The notes beneath the pieces are model-generated. The model was not told the DNA's origin, made no database searches, and worked only from the letters and a program-made list of their open reading frames with translations. 64,000 nucleotides of DNA from Armatimonadota bacterium (GTDB lineage Bacteria; Armatimonadota; HRBIN16), in contig OY781964.1 in assembly GCA_963677485.1 (NCBI GenBank), forward strand, positions 5,088,001 through 5,152,000. The letters are read 5' to 3'. Positions 36,367 through 46,829 of this stretch are shown one piece after another; position 1 is the stretch's first letter, and the number at the start of each line of letters is the position of its first letter. The translations under genes were made by a program, and so were the position numbers.

Positions 36367-37449
36367 ATGGCAATCAAGGAAGCATTACGCCGCATACTGA
36401 CTCTGTTCTGTGTGGTCGCTGCCGTTTGGTGCGCCGTCACGCCTCAACCTATAGTCTATGTGCGCCACATGCCGCTGAGTGAGCTTATTCCTAGCCAGTA
36501 TGGCGATAAGGAACGCATCGCACTCATCACCGCCGCCAAAGACGGTAAACTGACGCCCGAACAGTCTGATCAGGCATGGAGGCTCGTAAGGGCCAAACAC
36601 GACCTAGAGATGGTGCGTCCTGACCAATGGCGCGAAGTCGTCAACCAGGTAACCAGCAGTGAAGGTGGGTCCATATACATCCCTCGGAAAAACATGCCGG
36701 AATACCCGTATAGGTCATTCCAACTGGTGAGCATACCAAACGGCACGGTGATGATGGTGGACTTGCTGGATTCTAGCGAAGCGTTCAACCGAGCTCCCGC
36801 CAGCATGGTCTATCCCACGCGGGTGATCTCGCTCTTCTGGCTGTTAGGAGCCATCCTTCTCTATATAATGCTGCCATGGCCACCCAAGCCAACGGATAAT
36901 GTTTATGGCTATAAGCGCATGAACAGCATCATTCTGCCGGACTGGCTGGGGTTCGGTCTAGCTGCCTTCTTCACCGCACTGCCCATGATGGTGATATCCT
37001 GTGACTCCAACTTCACAGGAACCATGCAGGAAGTGCCTTGGAGCCGCATCACGGCCTGGAGTATGCTGGGGATTTTACCTGGTTTGAGTATTATTGTGGT
37101 GGCATGGGTCTATAGCTGCACCTACATCAAGCTGACAGAGAAGCAGGTTGAGTTTGCCTCTCCAACCGGTATGCAGAAGCTGGATTACGAGCAGATCACC
37201 AGCATAGAACCGCATGAGTTCACGTCACCAGTATGGCTAAAACGTGCATCTTTGGTACTGATGTACGGCAGTATCTTCACGATGTCGGCTATATACATCA
37301 TGCTATGTCAAAAACACCCGGGGGCGACAATCACGCTGAAGAATGGTCTGACGAAGACATTCATTCTGGAGTATCTGCCCCGCTACGACGAAATGCTGAA
37401 GCAGCTGCAGTCCAAATCTCAATGCGAGCTGAAAGGCTTCAAGCTATAG
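36367..37449 (+). CDS. Hypothetical membrane protein
   Basis: AAGGAG RBS. N-terminal anchor, soluble domain, several TMs and a C-terminal beta-rich segment. Confidence 0.7.
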   Translation: MAIKEALRRILTLFCVVAAVWCAVTPQPIVYVRHMPLSELIPSQYGDKERIALITAAKDGKLTPEQSDQAWRLVRAKHDLEMVRPDQWREVVNQVTSSEGGSIYIPRKNMPEYPYRSFQLVSIPNGTVMMVDLLDSSEAFNRAPASMVYPTRVISLFWLLGAILLYIMLPWPPKPTDNVYGYKRMNSIILPDWLGFGLAAFFTALPMMVISCDSNFTGTMQEVPWSRITAWSMLGILPGLSIIVVAWVYSCTYIKLTEKQVEFASPTGMQKLDYEQITSIEPHEFTSPVWLKRASLVLMYGSIFTMSAIYIMLCQKHPGATITLKNGLTKTFILEYLPRYDEMLKQLQSKSQCELKGFKL

Positions 37450-38922
37450 CCGTTTGACATCAGCTCCGGGTTGCCAGTTCACCTTACCCAGGAACTGGCA
37501 GCCCTTAAACCTGATCCGCTCCAGCTTGTATTCTGTAGGGCCTTCACCGTACCGTTGGGTACTGCACGTCATCAACTCAGCCCATTCCGCCCATGCTTCT
37601 AGTCGGCAGTTACGAAAGGTAACATCATGGGGTACGGGCCCTTCGATCACCAGTTCGTTCTCAATCCACATAAAGCCCTTGAAGAACAGACGTTCGGCCA
37701 GCATCTTGCTTCGCCATCTGGCGGTGCCCACCATACGGCAATCGGTTACCAGCGAGCCTGGGTTCGCCACACTTTCGTTGATCAAGCGAATACCTGGTAA
37801 ATCCTGCATATCCAGCGGCTTACTGGGGATGATCACACTGCCCTCTTCACGTTGTTCGAATTTCACCACGCGGACAGAGCCGTAGTCACGCCCTGAATTC
37901 ACGTTAATGGCCCTCACGAGGTCACCAGCACGTGTCAATGCTTCTCCGACGTCTACTAACCATCCACCGTCAGGCAGCATCCGCTTCAGGCCGATATAGT
38001 GGTTGCTTAGGTTCACGACATCGTCATGCAGACCTTCAACAATGCAGTTCTTCCATATGATGGGGCCGCGGTTGTTTTTACAGTGGTAGCCATCACGCCA
38101 AGCCACCATGCCGCGGTTGGTCCCCGGCTTAGGCGTGACCTTCACATTTTCGAAACGGATTGGTCCCTGGTTGCCCTTCACGCTGAACAGGAACGAGGGT
38201 CCGCTCCACACATTCACATTTCGGAAATTTACTTCGCTGCTGCCACCCACATGCATGGCATACCCACCGCCATGCCCAATGCCAGGAACAGGCAGCCAGA
38301 TCAGCGGCTTCTGATCCGCCAGTATCGCCATGCGTCCCTCCCACGGACCGGCTTTGGCCACATTGACCTTCACCACGCGCCCGGTCTTGCCGCCACCTGG
38401 TGCGACGACGTTCCGGATATACAGATGGTGACGCCCCAGCACCTGAGGGATGAAGAACTGCCAGACAGCGCTGTTATCGACATCCTCGGTGAGATCACAT
38501 TCGAGTTCCGGGAATTGAGGTAGAATACGCGCCGTAAAGGATGGTGCTTTCACATCTACGTCCTGCAGTTCAGCGACCACAAACGGCAATGGGGAGTGAT
38601 CGATGGTGAAGCCATCGATTAAGATGCGCTGACAGTCATACAGCCCAAAGCAGTTGACGGGCGATTTCGGCAGGAGGGTGGCTCCATGCCCAATCACTTC
38701 ACAGTCTGTCACTCCGCCAAGCAGCACACCCCATTGGTAATCGGTCACACCATCTTTAGGCAGCAACCTGTATTTGCATCCAGCCTTAAATTCAATGCGG
38801 GTTGGACCCTTGTGTTTACACAGCTCTGCGCATAGCACCTGCAATGCGGGAAGGTCGTTTGTGACGCCGTCACCTTTGAGACCATATTGATGCACATCAT
38901 AACATTTACGTATCACAAACAC
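37444..38922 (-). CDS. Right-handed beta-helix glycosidase-like protein (GH110-like)
   Basis: YGLKGDGVTND pectin-lyase-fold start. DGYHCKNNRGPIIWKNCIVEGLHDDVVNL resembles the GH110/GH28 D..DD catalytic region. Confidence 0.65.
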   Translation of the reverse strand: MFVIRKCYDVHQYGLKGDGVTNDLPALQVLCAELCKHKGPTRIEFKAGCKYRLLPKDGVTDYQWGVLLGGVTDCEVIGHGATLLPKSPVNCFGLYDCQRILIDGFTIDHSPLPFVVAELQDVDVKAPSFTARILPQFPELECDLTEDVDNSAVWQFFIPQVLGRHHLYIRNVVAPGGGKTGRVVKVNVAKAGPWEGRMAILADQKPLIWLPVPGIGHGGGYAMHVGGSSEVNFRNVNVWSGPSFLFSVKGNQGPIRFENVKVTPKPGTNRGMVAWRDGYHCKNNRGPIIWKNCIVEGLHDDVVNLSNHYIGLKRMLPDGGWLVDVGEALTRAGDLVRAINVNSGRDYGSVRVVKFEQREEGSVIIPSKPLDMQDLPGIRLINESVANPGSLVTDCRMVGTARWRSKMLAERLFFKGFMWIENELVIEGPVPHDVTFRNCRLEAWAEWAELMTCSTQRYGEGPTEYKLERIRFKGCQFLGKVNWQPGADVKRL

Positions 38923-39311
38923 TACCCCAACATATCATAGTTTTTTTGCAGCAGTTCGCAGACGGTCTGGTCCGTCGGCCAGATGACAGGGATATCCAGC
39001 AATAACTGCACGCATGACAGCCCTATCTGACGTTGTTCTGGGCTGATATCTGCGCACCACTCGCGTTCGATCTGCCGGTAAATCGCCCGGGCCTTGTCGG
39101 TCAATAATGCACCGGCGGAGTCGACTAGCGTTAACTCGGCTATAACGCGGGTTTTGAGTATACTGGCTTCATCCCAGCCCATGCCTACTGCCACACCGAC
39201 GGCCAGAACACCCGCTTGAGCCTGGATACGGCCAACTCCCCATCCGATCTCGGCAGAAAGCTGCTTCAGTAACGAAACAGCCTCTGCAGAATCTGTCATT
39301 GAATCCACCAC
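38922..39311 (-). CDS. Hypothetical protein
   Basis: 129-aa ORF translationally coupled to both neighbours. Confidence 0.55.
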   Translation of the reverse strand: MVDSMTDSAEAVSLLKQLSAEIGWGVGRIQAQAGVLAVGVAVGMGWDEASILKTRVIAELTLVDSAGALLTDKARAIYRQIEREWCADISPEQRQIGLSCVQLLLDIPVIWPTDQTVCELLQKNYDMLG

Positions 39312-40996
39312 TCCGGCCGGATGTTTTCAAACACAAGGTCTCGCCCTTCGGCTTCACCCAGTGTTCCCCACTCTTCTGGGGTGGGTTCAACTCCTGCAGC
39401 CACCTTATCAAGCAAGGCCGCCAGTAAGTTGAAGCGGCTTTCATGCCACTCCACCCGGATCTCCGCATAGTCGCGCGCGGCTCCGGTGCTGATCAGGAAA
39501 GGCCAGTCGCTGGATTCGAGCAGTACCAGCTCACGGGCCATCTGCTTTAACAATGGCTGAACACGTTCATTTTCCCGCTGCTCGTAAGCATACTTCATAT
39601 AACGGTCTTCGCACTTGTAGATGCGCTCCCATACCCACAGAGTGTCTGGGTTCAACCAGGTGTAATGGTAGTTCCCAGAGCCCCAACTGCCTTCAGCCAG
39701 CCGGATGATATCGCCACCAGGAGCCGTTTCGTAGACCTCCCTGGCGGTCTTTACCTGCACTTCCGGGTATTGTTCCAGTGCCTTTCGTGCGTAATACAAC
39801 CACTCAGGGCCCTCAAACCACCAGTGACCATACAGCTCGGTGTCATACATGCTGGTGATGTTCGGAAAATCGCCTGTGCTGGCGGCATCAGTCACCTCAG
39901 CGGCAACCAAGCTGGCAAAATGCGCAGCATGCTCTTGAACGACATTGAATGCCTCGAGCGGTTCATATAGCGACTTCTCGCCAAGGTTGGTAGAGTCAGA
40001 GGTCACACGCCAGTAACGCAGCCCGCCTACTTTATGCTTCTTGTGAAATTCGAGATAGCAGCCAGCACCGGGGTAACCGACGGATGAGCTCCAAACCTGC
40101 TGACCAGTATGCATATTTCGTGAGAACACACCGGCGATCCGGTCTGGGTCCTTCGACGTGTTCACTATTTGCATATAGTTCGGCGAGGCAACACTGGCAT
40201 GGGATTTTCGTGATTTGCGCTCTCGTCCCTGGAGTTCCGCCAGCAGCGGAAACCGCTCCGCATACACGCCGGCACTTTTGCCACCGGTCACGATGGCGGA
40301 ATCGACAAAGAAGTAACGTATCCCCTGCTCTGTCAGCATATCATCAACGCCACGCCGCGGGAAGGCCTCACCACCGGTCGGGCGGGCCCAAGGGTAGTCT
40401 GGTCGATACGCACACTCCGGCAGCCAAAATCCGGTGGGGTCACAGCCAAAGTGCCGTTTATAGGAATCCACACCAACCTGTATCTGAGCACGCACACAGG
40501 TGTCTGACCCGATTAACGGCAGGTATCCATGCGTGGCAGCACTGGTGATAACTTCTATATGACCATCATCTTGCAGCAGTTTAAACGCGCCAACCAGGTC
40601 CTGGTTGCACTCATTGAGGTAAAACTGCAGTCTGGCGGAATAGGTGCTGATCCAAAACTCAGCAAGTGACGCTTCGCGGATGCGCCCTTCTTTTAGGAAC
40701 TCAAGCCTGTTTTGTTTGGCAGAGCGGAATCGGAACCCAAACCAGCTTAACAGTTCCTGGGTAAATTCCGGATGAGATAGTTGCTCAGCCAAGATGGGTG
40801 TAATCCCGATGACGAACTTAGGGGAAATTCCTTCGGCAACCAGACGGTGGCATATCTGCAACAACGGGATATAGGTATCAGCGGCGCCTTCTGAAAGCCA
40901 ATCCATACCATGAGGGGTTCGTCCATGATCCATTACGTATGGAATGTGCGAATGCAGCACGAAAGTAAAACTACCTTTAGGATTACTGGATATCAT
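39296..40996 (-). CDS. GH57 1,4-alpha-glucan branching enzyme
   Basis: VLHSHIPYV, ATHGYLP, FWLPECAY, YDTELYGHWWFEG, ESSDWPF. ATG at 40996 with a GAGGTGG RBS. Confidence 0.93.
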   Translation of the reverse strand: MISSNPKGSFTFVLHSHIPYVMDHGRTPHGMDWLSEGAADTYIPLLQICHRLVAEGISPKFVIGITPILAEQLSHPEFTQELLSWFGFRFRSAKQNRLEFLKEGRIREASLAEFWISTYSARLQFYLNECNQDLVGAFKLLQDDGHIEVITSAATHGYLPLIGSDTCVRAQIQVGVDSYKRHFGCDPTGFWLPECAYRPDYPWARPTGGEAFPRRGVDDMLTEQGIRYFFVDSAIVTGGKSAGVYAERFPLLAELQGRERKSRKSHASVASPNYMQIVNTSKDPDRIAGVFSRNMHTGQQVWSSSVGYPGAGCYLEFHKKHKVGGLRYWRVTSDSTNLGEKSLYEPLEAFNVVQEHAAHFASLVAAEVTDAASTGDFPNITSMYDTELYGHWWFEGPEWLYYARKALEQYPEVQVKTAREVYETAPGGDIIRLAEGSWGSGNYHYTWLNPDTLWVWERIYKCEDRYMKYAYEQRENERVQPLLKQMARELVLLESSDWPFLISTGAARDYAEIRVEWHESRFNLLAALLDKVAAGVEPTPEEWGTLGEAEGRDLVFENIRPEWWIQ

Positions 40997-41035
40997 GGGC
41001 TTTCCACCTCTTTCAGAGACGGTATCTATATAAAC

Positions 41036-41065
41036 GGAGAGAAGGCGCATACACGCCTTCTCTCC
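41036..41065 (-). terminator. Hairpin downstream of clpC
   Basis: GGAGAGAAGGCG-N6-CGCCTTCTCTCC followed by GTTTAT on the minus strand. Confidence 0.65.
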
Positions 41066-41105
41066 GCACTGAGCCTTTATTTCGAACCAACCGGTGCCAA
41101 CAGCA

Positions 41106-43586
41106 TTAGTTCATTGATATCATGGGTATGTCTTGCCCCACGCTATCTATGGGTTTGGTGAACACCACATGACCGTCGGCTCCCAGTTGGGCAACGATGG
41201 TGTCATTCTCACGGAACCGCCCCATCAACAGCTCTTCCGCCAAAGTATCTTCAATGTAACGCTGCACCGCACGTCGGAGTGGACGTGCACCGAATTGAGG
41301 ATCGAAACCCTCTTTGGCTAACATCTCGCGTACCTCTTGAGTGACTTCCAGGTTGATCCCCTGAGCACCCAACTGCTTGGTCACGCGATTCAGCAGCAGA
41401 TCAACTATCTGCACGATCTCCGGCAGACTTAAGGTGTGGAAGACAACCACTTCATCGATACGGTTGAGGAATTCGGGACGGAAGGTGCGTTTCAACTCCT
41501 CCATCACGCCATTCTTCATGTGCTCGTAGTCCTTCTCGTTCATGTTGCCATCTATCAAGCGCGAAGTATCGATGAAGCCCATAGACTTCTCACCGATGAT
41601 CTGACGGGCACCAAGGTTACTCGTCATGATGATGACGGTGTTCTTGAAGTCCACCACTCGGCCTTGTGAATCCGTCAGGCGTCCGTCTTCTATGATCTGC
41701 AGAAGTATGCTGAACACATCAGGATGCGCCTTTTCGATCTCATCGAGAAGGATGACACTGTACGGCTGCCGCCGTACGGCTTCTGTCAACTGCCCGCCGT
41801 CGTCATAACCCACATAACCTGGAGGGGCTCCTACCAGTCGGCTGACTGCAAACTTCTCCATGTATTCGCTCATGTCGATGCGGATCATGTTGTTTTCGTT
41901 GTCGAACAGGAACGAGGCCAGCACACGGGCTAGTTCAGTCTTACCGACACCTGTGGGGCCAAGGAACATGAAGCTGCCCATCGGTCGTTTGGGGTCTTTC
42001 ATACCGCTGCGTGCTCGTCTTACCGCTCTACTGACAGCGGCCACAGCCTCTGTCTGTCCGATGATGCGCTCGTGCAGGTTATCTTCCATGTGGATCAGCT
42101 TAGTGGCTTCTGTCTCTACCAAGCGAGAAACCGGAATGCCTGTCCAGCTCTGAACGATGTGCGCGACCTCATCTTCACCGACTATACGGCTCATGCTGAT
42201 TCGGGCGTCATCCCACTTGGTCTCTTCATCATTCAGTTCTACTTGAATCGCACTTTTTTGCGACATCAAAGCATGAACATTGGTGTAGTCACCTTCCGCG
42301 TGGGCCTCTTCAAGACGCTTCTCGATCTGAGCAAGCTGCAGTTTGGCCTCCCGCAGTGCTTTGGGCGGCAGAGTAAGTTGAAGCCGAACACGCGAACTCG
42401 CCTCATCAATCAAGTCAATCGCTTTGTCAGGCAGACAACGGTCTGGGATATACCGCTGGGACAAATTGACAGATGCCTTGATGGCATCATCCCGTATTTC
42501 TACGCCATGATGAGCCGCATACTTATCGCGGAGCCCCTTGAGTATCTCAATGGCTTCCTCTTCAGTCGGTTCATTAACCTTAACGGGCTGGAACCGGCGC
42601 TCCAAAGCAGCGTCTTTCTCGAAGTATTTCCGGAACTCATCTTGAGTGGTGGCACCAATGCACTGCATTTCACCGCGTGCCAGTGCGGGTTTCATGATGT
42701 TCGATGCATCAAGCGCACCCTCAGCACCACCCGCTCCGACGATCGTATGCAGCTCATCGATAAAAAGCACTATCTCGTGATTGGACTTGCGAACCTCTTC
42801 AATGACCTTCTTCATCCGTTCTTCGAACTCACCGCGGTATTTCGTACCCGCGACAAGGCTAGCTAGATCAAGGGCGATGATGCGAGTGTTACGAAGCTGT
42901 TCAGGTACATCACCCATGACGATCTTTTGAGCAAGTCCCTCGGCAATAGCCGTTTTACCAACGCCCGGCTGCCCCAGCAATACGGGGTTGTTTTTCGTTC
43001 GACGGGAGAGAATCTGAATCACGCGTTCGATTTCGCCGTGACGACCTACCACTGGGTCCAACTTATCCTCGCTGGCCATATCGTTAAGGTCGCGTCCGAA
43101 CTCATCAAGCGTCGGTGTTTTGGATTTCGGTTTGGCTCCTGGCTGCTTCGCATCCGCTTGTTGAGTGGCCACTACCTCTTTACGGGTTCGTTCCAACTCG
43201 GCACCCAAATGCTCAAGAACTCGGGCGGCTATGCCATCACCTTCACGGATCAAGGCAAGCAGGAGGTGCTCGGTTCCAATATATGTATAGTTAAGTTTAC
43301 GTGCTTCGTCATAAGCCAGATCAATCACACGCCTGGCGCGAGGACTGAGCTGTGTTTCCTGGGAGTAGCGATTTTCACCGCGCTGTACCAGCTTTTCCAC
43401 TTCAGCACGTACACGGGCTAACGGGATATCCATGCGGTCTAATATCCGGGCAGCGACGCTATCTGGCTCTTTAACAAGCCCTAATAACAGGTGCTCAGTG
43501 CCGACATAGCTCTCGCCCAAACGATTGGCCTCTTCTTGGGCGAAGTAGACGGCGCGACGTGCTCGTTCCGTAAATCTCTGCCACAT
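41106..43586 (-). CDS. clpC: ATP-dependent Clp protease ATPase ClpC
   Basis: Two Clp-N repeats, GQPGVGKT and GPTGVGKT Walker A motifs, short M-domain, MGF ClpP-docking loop. Confidence 0.95.
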   Translation of the reverse strand: MWQRFTERARRAVYFAQEEANRLGESYVGTEHLLLGLVKEPDSVAARILDRMDIPLARVRAEVEKLVQRGENRYSQETQLSPRARRVIDLAYDEARKLNYTYIGTEHLLLALIREGDGIAARVLEHLGAELERTRKEVVATQQADAKQPGAKPKSKTPTLDEFGRDLNDMASEDKLDPVVGRHGEIERVIQILSRRTKNNPVLLGQPGVGKTAIAEGLAQKIVMGDVPEQLRNTRIIALDLASLVAGTKYRGEFEERMKKVIEEVRKSNHEIVLFIDELHTIVGAGGAEGALDASNIMKPALARGEMQCIGATTQDEFRKYFEKDAALERRFQPVKVNEPTEEEAIEILKGLRDKYAAHHGVEIRDDAIKASVNLSQRYIPDRCLPDKAIDLIDEASSRVRLQLTLPPKALREAKLQLAQIEKRLEEAHAEGDYTNVHALMSQKSAIQVELNDEETKWDDARISMSRIVGEDEVAHIVQSWTGIPVSRLVETEATKLIHMEDNLHERIIGQTEAVAAVSRAVRRARSGMKDPKRPMGSFMFLGPTGVGKTELARVLASFLFDNENNMIRIDMSEYMEKFAVSRLVGAPPGYVGYDDGGQLTEAVRRQPYSVILLDEIEKAHPDVFSILLQIIEDGRLTDSQGRVVDFKNTVIIMTSNLGARQIIGEKSMGFIDTSRLIDGNMNEKDYEHMKNGVMEELKRTFRPEFLNRIDEVVVFHTLSLPEIVQIVDLLLNRVTKQLGAQGINLEVTQEVREMLAKEGFDPQFGARPLRRAVQRYIEDTLAEELLMGRFRENDTIVAQLGADGHVVFTKPIDSVGQDIPMISMN

Positions 43587-43664
43587 ATGTTGGCCTCCTT
43601 CTTGCGGGCAAAAACGAGTTTCGCCCTTCTATTTAAGGGTACCCCGATGTCTGTTAGTTGTGCA

Positions 43665-43688
43665 AGCAGGCACCGAAAGGTGCCTGCT
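43665..43688. terminator. Hairpin between ilvE and clpC
   Basis: AGCAGGCACC-GAAA-GGTGCCTGCT. Confidence 0.6.
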
Positions 43689-43722
43689 CACTTATTTTCG
43701 ATTTCTATATATAAGACGCCAT

Positions 43723-44607
43723 TCAAGCACTTGGAGATACGGTGTGCTCCCTAAATGCCTGGATGAGTTTACATGTCATCTCACCTGGCTTGCCATCGCC
43801 AATCAGACGTTCGTCCACTTCTACAAGCGGAATCACCTCTGCGGCTGTGCCTGTCAGGAAAGATTCATCACAGGTATAGACATCGTATAGCGTCATCATC
43901 TGCTCTTTTACAGTGATTCCCATTTGCTTAGCAAGCATCATGACCGTCGCACGGGTGATACCTGCAAGTATCCCTGCAGACTCTGGCGGGGTGAGCAGTT
44001 CACCAGCTTTGACGATGAAGATATTGTCGCCAGTCGCCTCGGCCACATATCCTTCCACGTTCAGCATGATGCCTTCGCCCGCTCCCACGCGGTTAGCTTC
44101 CATTTTGGCTTGTATGTTGCCAACATAACGGCCTAGCGATTTAATGCGAGGCTCTACGCACTGCGACGGGATCACCCGAGTACTACATGTGACGGCATTT
44201 AAGCCTGTCTCGTATGCGGACTCAGGATACAATGCCAGCGTGGCAGTCGAGATCACCATTGTGGGCTCAGTTTTCAGTTTCTTTGGGTCCAAACCAAGTG
44301 ATATACCACGCGACATCGAGACCCTAATATAGCAGTCTTGCTCATTATTGACCTTGACAAGGTTGTTGATTCGGTCAATGATCTCCTGCTCCGAATATGG
44401 TAAGGGGATGTGAAGAGATACAGCACTTCTAAATAGTCTGGCGACATGCTGGTTGAGTTTAAAGACCCTCCCACCATACGCTCGAATACCCTCAAAAGCA
44501 CCATCTCCGTACATGAAACCATGGTCGTAGATGTTTAGCGAAGCTTGTTCTTCGGGCACTAGTTGCCCGTTCAAATTTACGTATTGTCCCATAACACTAG
44601 CCTCCAT
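43723..44607 (-). CDS. ilvE: Branched-chain amino acid aminotransferase
   Basis: YGDGAFEGIRAY, EATGDNIF, ILAGITR, FLTGTAAEV. Confidence 0.95.
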   Translation of the reverse strand: MEASVMGQYVNLNGQLVPEEQASLNIYDHGFMYGDGAFEGIRAYGGRVFKLNQHVARLFRSAVSLHIPLPYSEQEIIDRINNLVKVNNEQDCYIRVSMSRGISLGLDPKKLKTEPTMVISTATLALYPESAYETGLNAVTCSTRVIPSQCVEPRIKSLGRYVGNIQAKMEANRVGAGEGIMLNVEGYVAEATGDNIFIVKAGELLTPPESAGILAGITRATVMMLAKQMGITVKEQMMTLYDVYTCDESFLTGTAAEVIPLVEVDERLIGDGKPGEMTCKLIQAFREHTVSPSA

Positions 44608-44760
44608 TCAGGTGCGTTATCTTCGTTTAGTATAGCACTCAAGCCGCACTATCTGCCAGTAAAGCGTTCACCACTTAACGTTTGCAAAGCAAAGTTTTTG
44701 TAGTCTGACTATACTCATCCTTGACACGAATGTAGGACTATTATGAAGTGTGTAAAATGG

Positions 44761-44789
44761 AGAACACCCCTCGGTCAGAGGGGTGTTCT
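44761..44789. terminator. Hairpin downstream of the LolA-like gene
   Basis: AGAACACCCCTC-N5-GAGGGGTGTTCT. Confidence 0.7.
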
Positions 44790-44828
44790 TTCATGGGTGC
44801 AGATAGTCTGCTGAGCTCAGGCAGCCAA

Positions 44829-45542
44829 CTATAAATCAAATACCGATTCTTCGATGCCGGTATTAAGTTTGTAGTCTTTATAGGTTGTTGTGCCGCCCAG
44901 TTTGTTGTCTCGGTTGATGGCTTCCGACAAACTCGGTACCCATACGCCCTTCTCAAGCTCCACTGCGTTCTTATAGGTGAATATCCCGCGGATCTTCCCA
45001 TCGCCTTCATACTGAATACGCTTCGTGATCATCTTCCGGTCCACATCGATGTAGAGCCGGTTGCGGCGGGAGTCATTTGAGTTCACCCAGTACATGTCCC
45101 ACACATCAACACCCCCCTCCTTCGTCACATACTCAAATCGAGCTAGTTTCATAAACGACGGAGTGAGAATGCCAAGGTCAAACATGCAGTTTCGCTTACC
45201 AGGGCTTTTACCGATATCTTCACGGTCCTTGATCACACCGGCACGAGCCAGCCGTTGATTTCCATTCACGATGTAGCTCACAGACACAAATCCCACTTTG
45301 GAGCTGATCCGCATCTTTAGCGGTTCTTTGTATTGAGCCTGCAGGTTTTGGATGCGGTATGCGTTGGCAAAGTCGCGACTGATCTTTTCAAGTTCACGCC
45401 GATTTCCGGTGTTTTGTACCATCGTTAAACTTAAGTCGTGAAGTTTGTATTGAACAGCTTCTTTGATATCTGGTGCCGACATTGCTATTAACGAACTGGT
45501 AACCAATGCTCCCGCTAACAGTACTGACACTATCTTGTTCAT
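44829..45542 (-). CDS. Secreted LolA-like/outer-membrane lipoprotein-sorting fold protein
   Basis: Signal peptide, beta-rich. C-terminal YKDYKLNTGIEESVFDL is typical of LolA-like proteins. Confidence 0.65.
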   Translation of the reverse strand: MNKIVSVLLAGALVTSSLIAMSAPDIKEAVQYKLHDLSLTMVQNTGNRRELEKISRDFANAYRIQNLQAQYKEPLKMRISSKVGFVSVSYIVNGNQRLARAGVIKDREDIGKSPGKRNCMFDLGILTPSFMKLARFEYVTKEGGVDVWDMYWVNSNDSRRNRLYIDVDRKMITKRIQYEGDGKIRGIFTYKNAVELEKGVWVPSLSEAINRDNKLGGTTTYKDYKLNTGIEESVFDL

Positions 45543-45633
45543 GAGTATACCCCCGGTTATCGCAATATAACCCTCACCTTTTTAGATGCAGGTGAGGGCC
45601 ATTTGGTTACTATCGAACTCGTTTCTGGCATGT

Positions 45634-46491
45634 CTACTGATATAACGAATCAAGTGATGCCATTTCGCGAAGCTTCATAACACGCTGTTTTGTGGAAGGA
45701 TGAGTGCGGAATAGTCCAGCAAATCCCTCCGCCTTCAGCGGATTCATGATGAACATGTGCGCGGTGGCCGGATCACCGAAACCAACAGGCTGTCGCTGAG
45801 ATACCTGCTCGATCTTCACCAGCGCGTTAGCTAAACCCATCGGGTCACCTGCCAGTTTCGCACCGGTCTCATCAGCATAGAACTCACGTTGCCGACTAAT
45901 GGCCAGTTGGACCATCGTAGCGGCGATTGGTGCCACAATGATGGCAAACAACAGACCTAACGGGTTGTTGTCACGGTCACGCCCCACCCCACCGAAAATG
46001 GCTGCCCAGCGCGCCATATGTGCGATCATCATGATAGCAGAGGCCATACTGGCTACTACCGTCATCAGCAATGTATCGCGGTTGCGGATGTGAGCTAGTT
46101 CGTGAGCGATGACTCCCTCCACTTCGCGGCTGTCACAGACCTGCAGCAACCCCTGGGTCACCGCCACAGCAGCGTATTGCGGGCTCCGGCCTGTTGCGAA
46201 CGCATTCGGCTGCTGCTCCGGCAGAATGTAAAGTTTGGGCATCGGGATGTCTGCCCGTGAGCAGAGCATCTCAACCTTCTGGTAAAGGTCGGGGGCATCA
46301 GACTGACTGATAGGCTTCGCACCGTACATGCTCAGCACGATCTTGTCGCTATAGTAGTAACTTACCCAGTTTATCACCAGGCTGATGGTCAGCATGATGA
46401 AGAGGCCTCTATGTCCACCAAACACATTGCCTATCGAAAGCAATATGCCCGTCATCACAACCATAAGCAGGCCAACTTGCAGAGTTTTCAA
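45634..46491 (-). CDS. htpX: Membrane zinc protease HtpX
   Basis: QPNAFATGR, AHELAH, AISRQREFYAD, THP. Confidence 0.95.
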   Translation of the reverse strand: MKTLQVGLLMVVMTGILLSIGNVFGGHRGLFIMLTISLVINWVSYYYSDKIVLSMYGAKPISQSDAPDLYQKVEMLCSRADIPMPKLYILPEQQPNAFATGRSPQYAAVAVTQGLLQVCDSREVEGVIAHELAHIRNRDTLLMTVVASMASAIMMIAHMARWAAIFGGVGRDRDNNPLGLLFAIIVAPIAATMVQLAISRQREFYADETGAKLAGDPMGLANALVKIEQVSQRQPVGFGDPATAHMFIMNPLKAEGFAGLFRTHPSTKQRVMKLREMASLDSLYQ

Positions 46492-46532
46492 CTCGGGGCT
46501 CCTTTCATTACGACTGGAGACTGTCTTCTATA

Positions 46533-46829
46533 TTACATACTGTCCGAAAAGGGATCTGTGTTGCCATCCGCATCAAAAAGCGGTTGTTCCTGTGCCAAAG
46601 GCTCCTCGGTCTCTCTCAATGCTTCAAGAGCCTTAGCCAAATCACCCTCAGCACCCTTCAACTTCGCCTTGCAATATGCGATCAAAACAGCACCACGTTT
46701 CACCCTGGTGGCCAGTTGGTCGACATCCACTTCGGAGCCCTCAATATCCTTCACGATCTGCTCAAGCTCCGCATATGCCTCCGCGTAACTCAATTCCGCT
46801 TCTGGTACCGTATCAGTTTTCTTTCGCAT
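46533..46829 (-). CDS. xseB: Exodeoxyribonuclease VII small subunit
   Basis: SYAEAYAELEQIV..IE..VDQL..C..KL; overlaps xseA. Confidence 0.9.
   Translation of the reverse strand: MRKKTDTVPEAELSYAEAYAELEQIVKDIEGSEVDVDQLATRVKRGAVLIAYCKAKLKGAEGDLAKALEALRETEEPLAQEQPLFDADGNTDPFSDSM

Noticed and set aside
42072-43421. + strand ORFs (264 aa, 164 aa) opposite clpC
   Set aside because: Antisense shadow ORFs.
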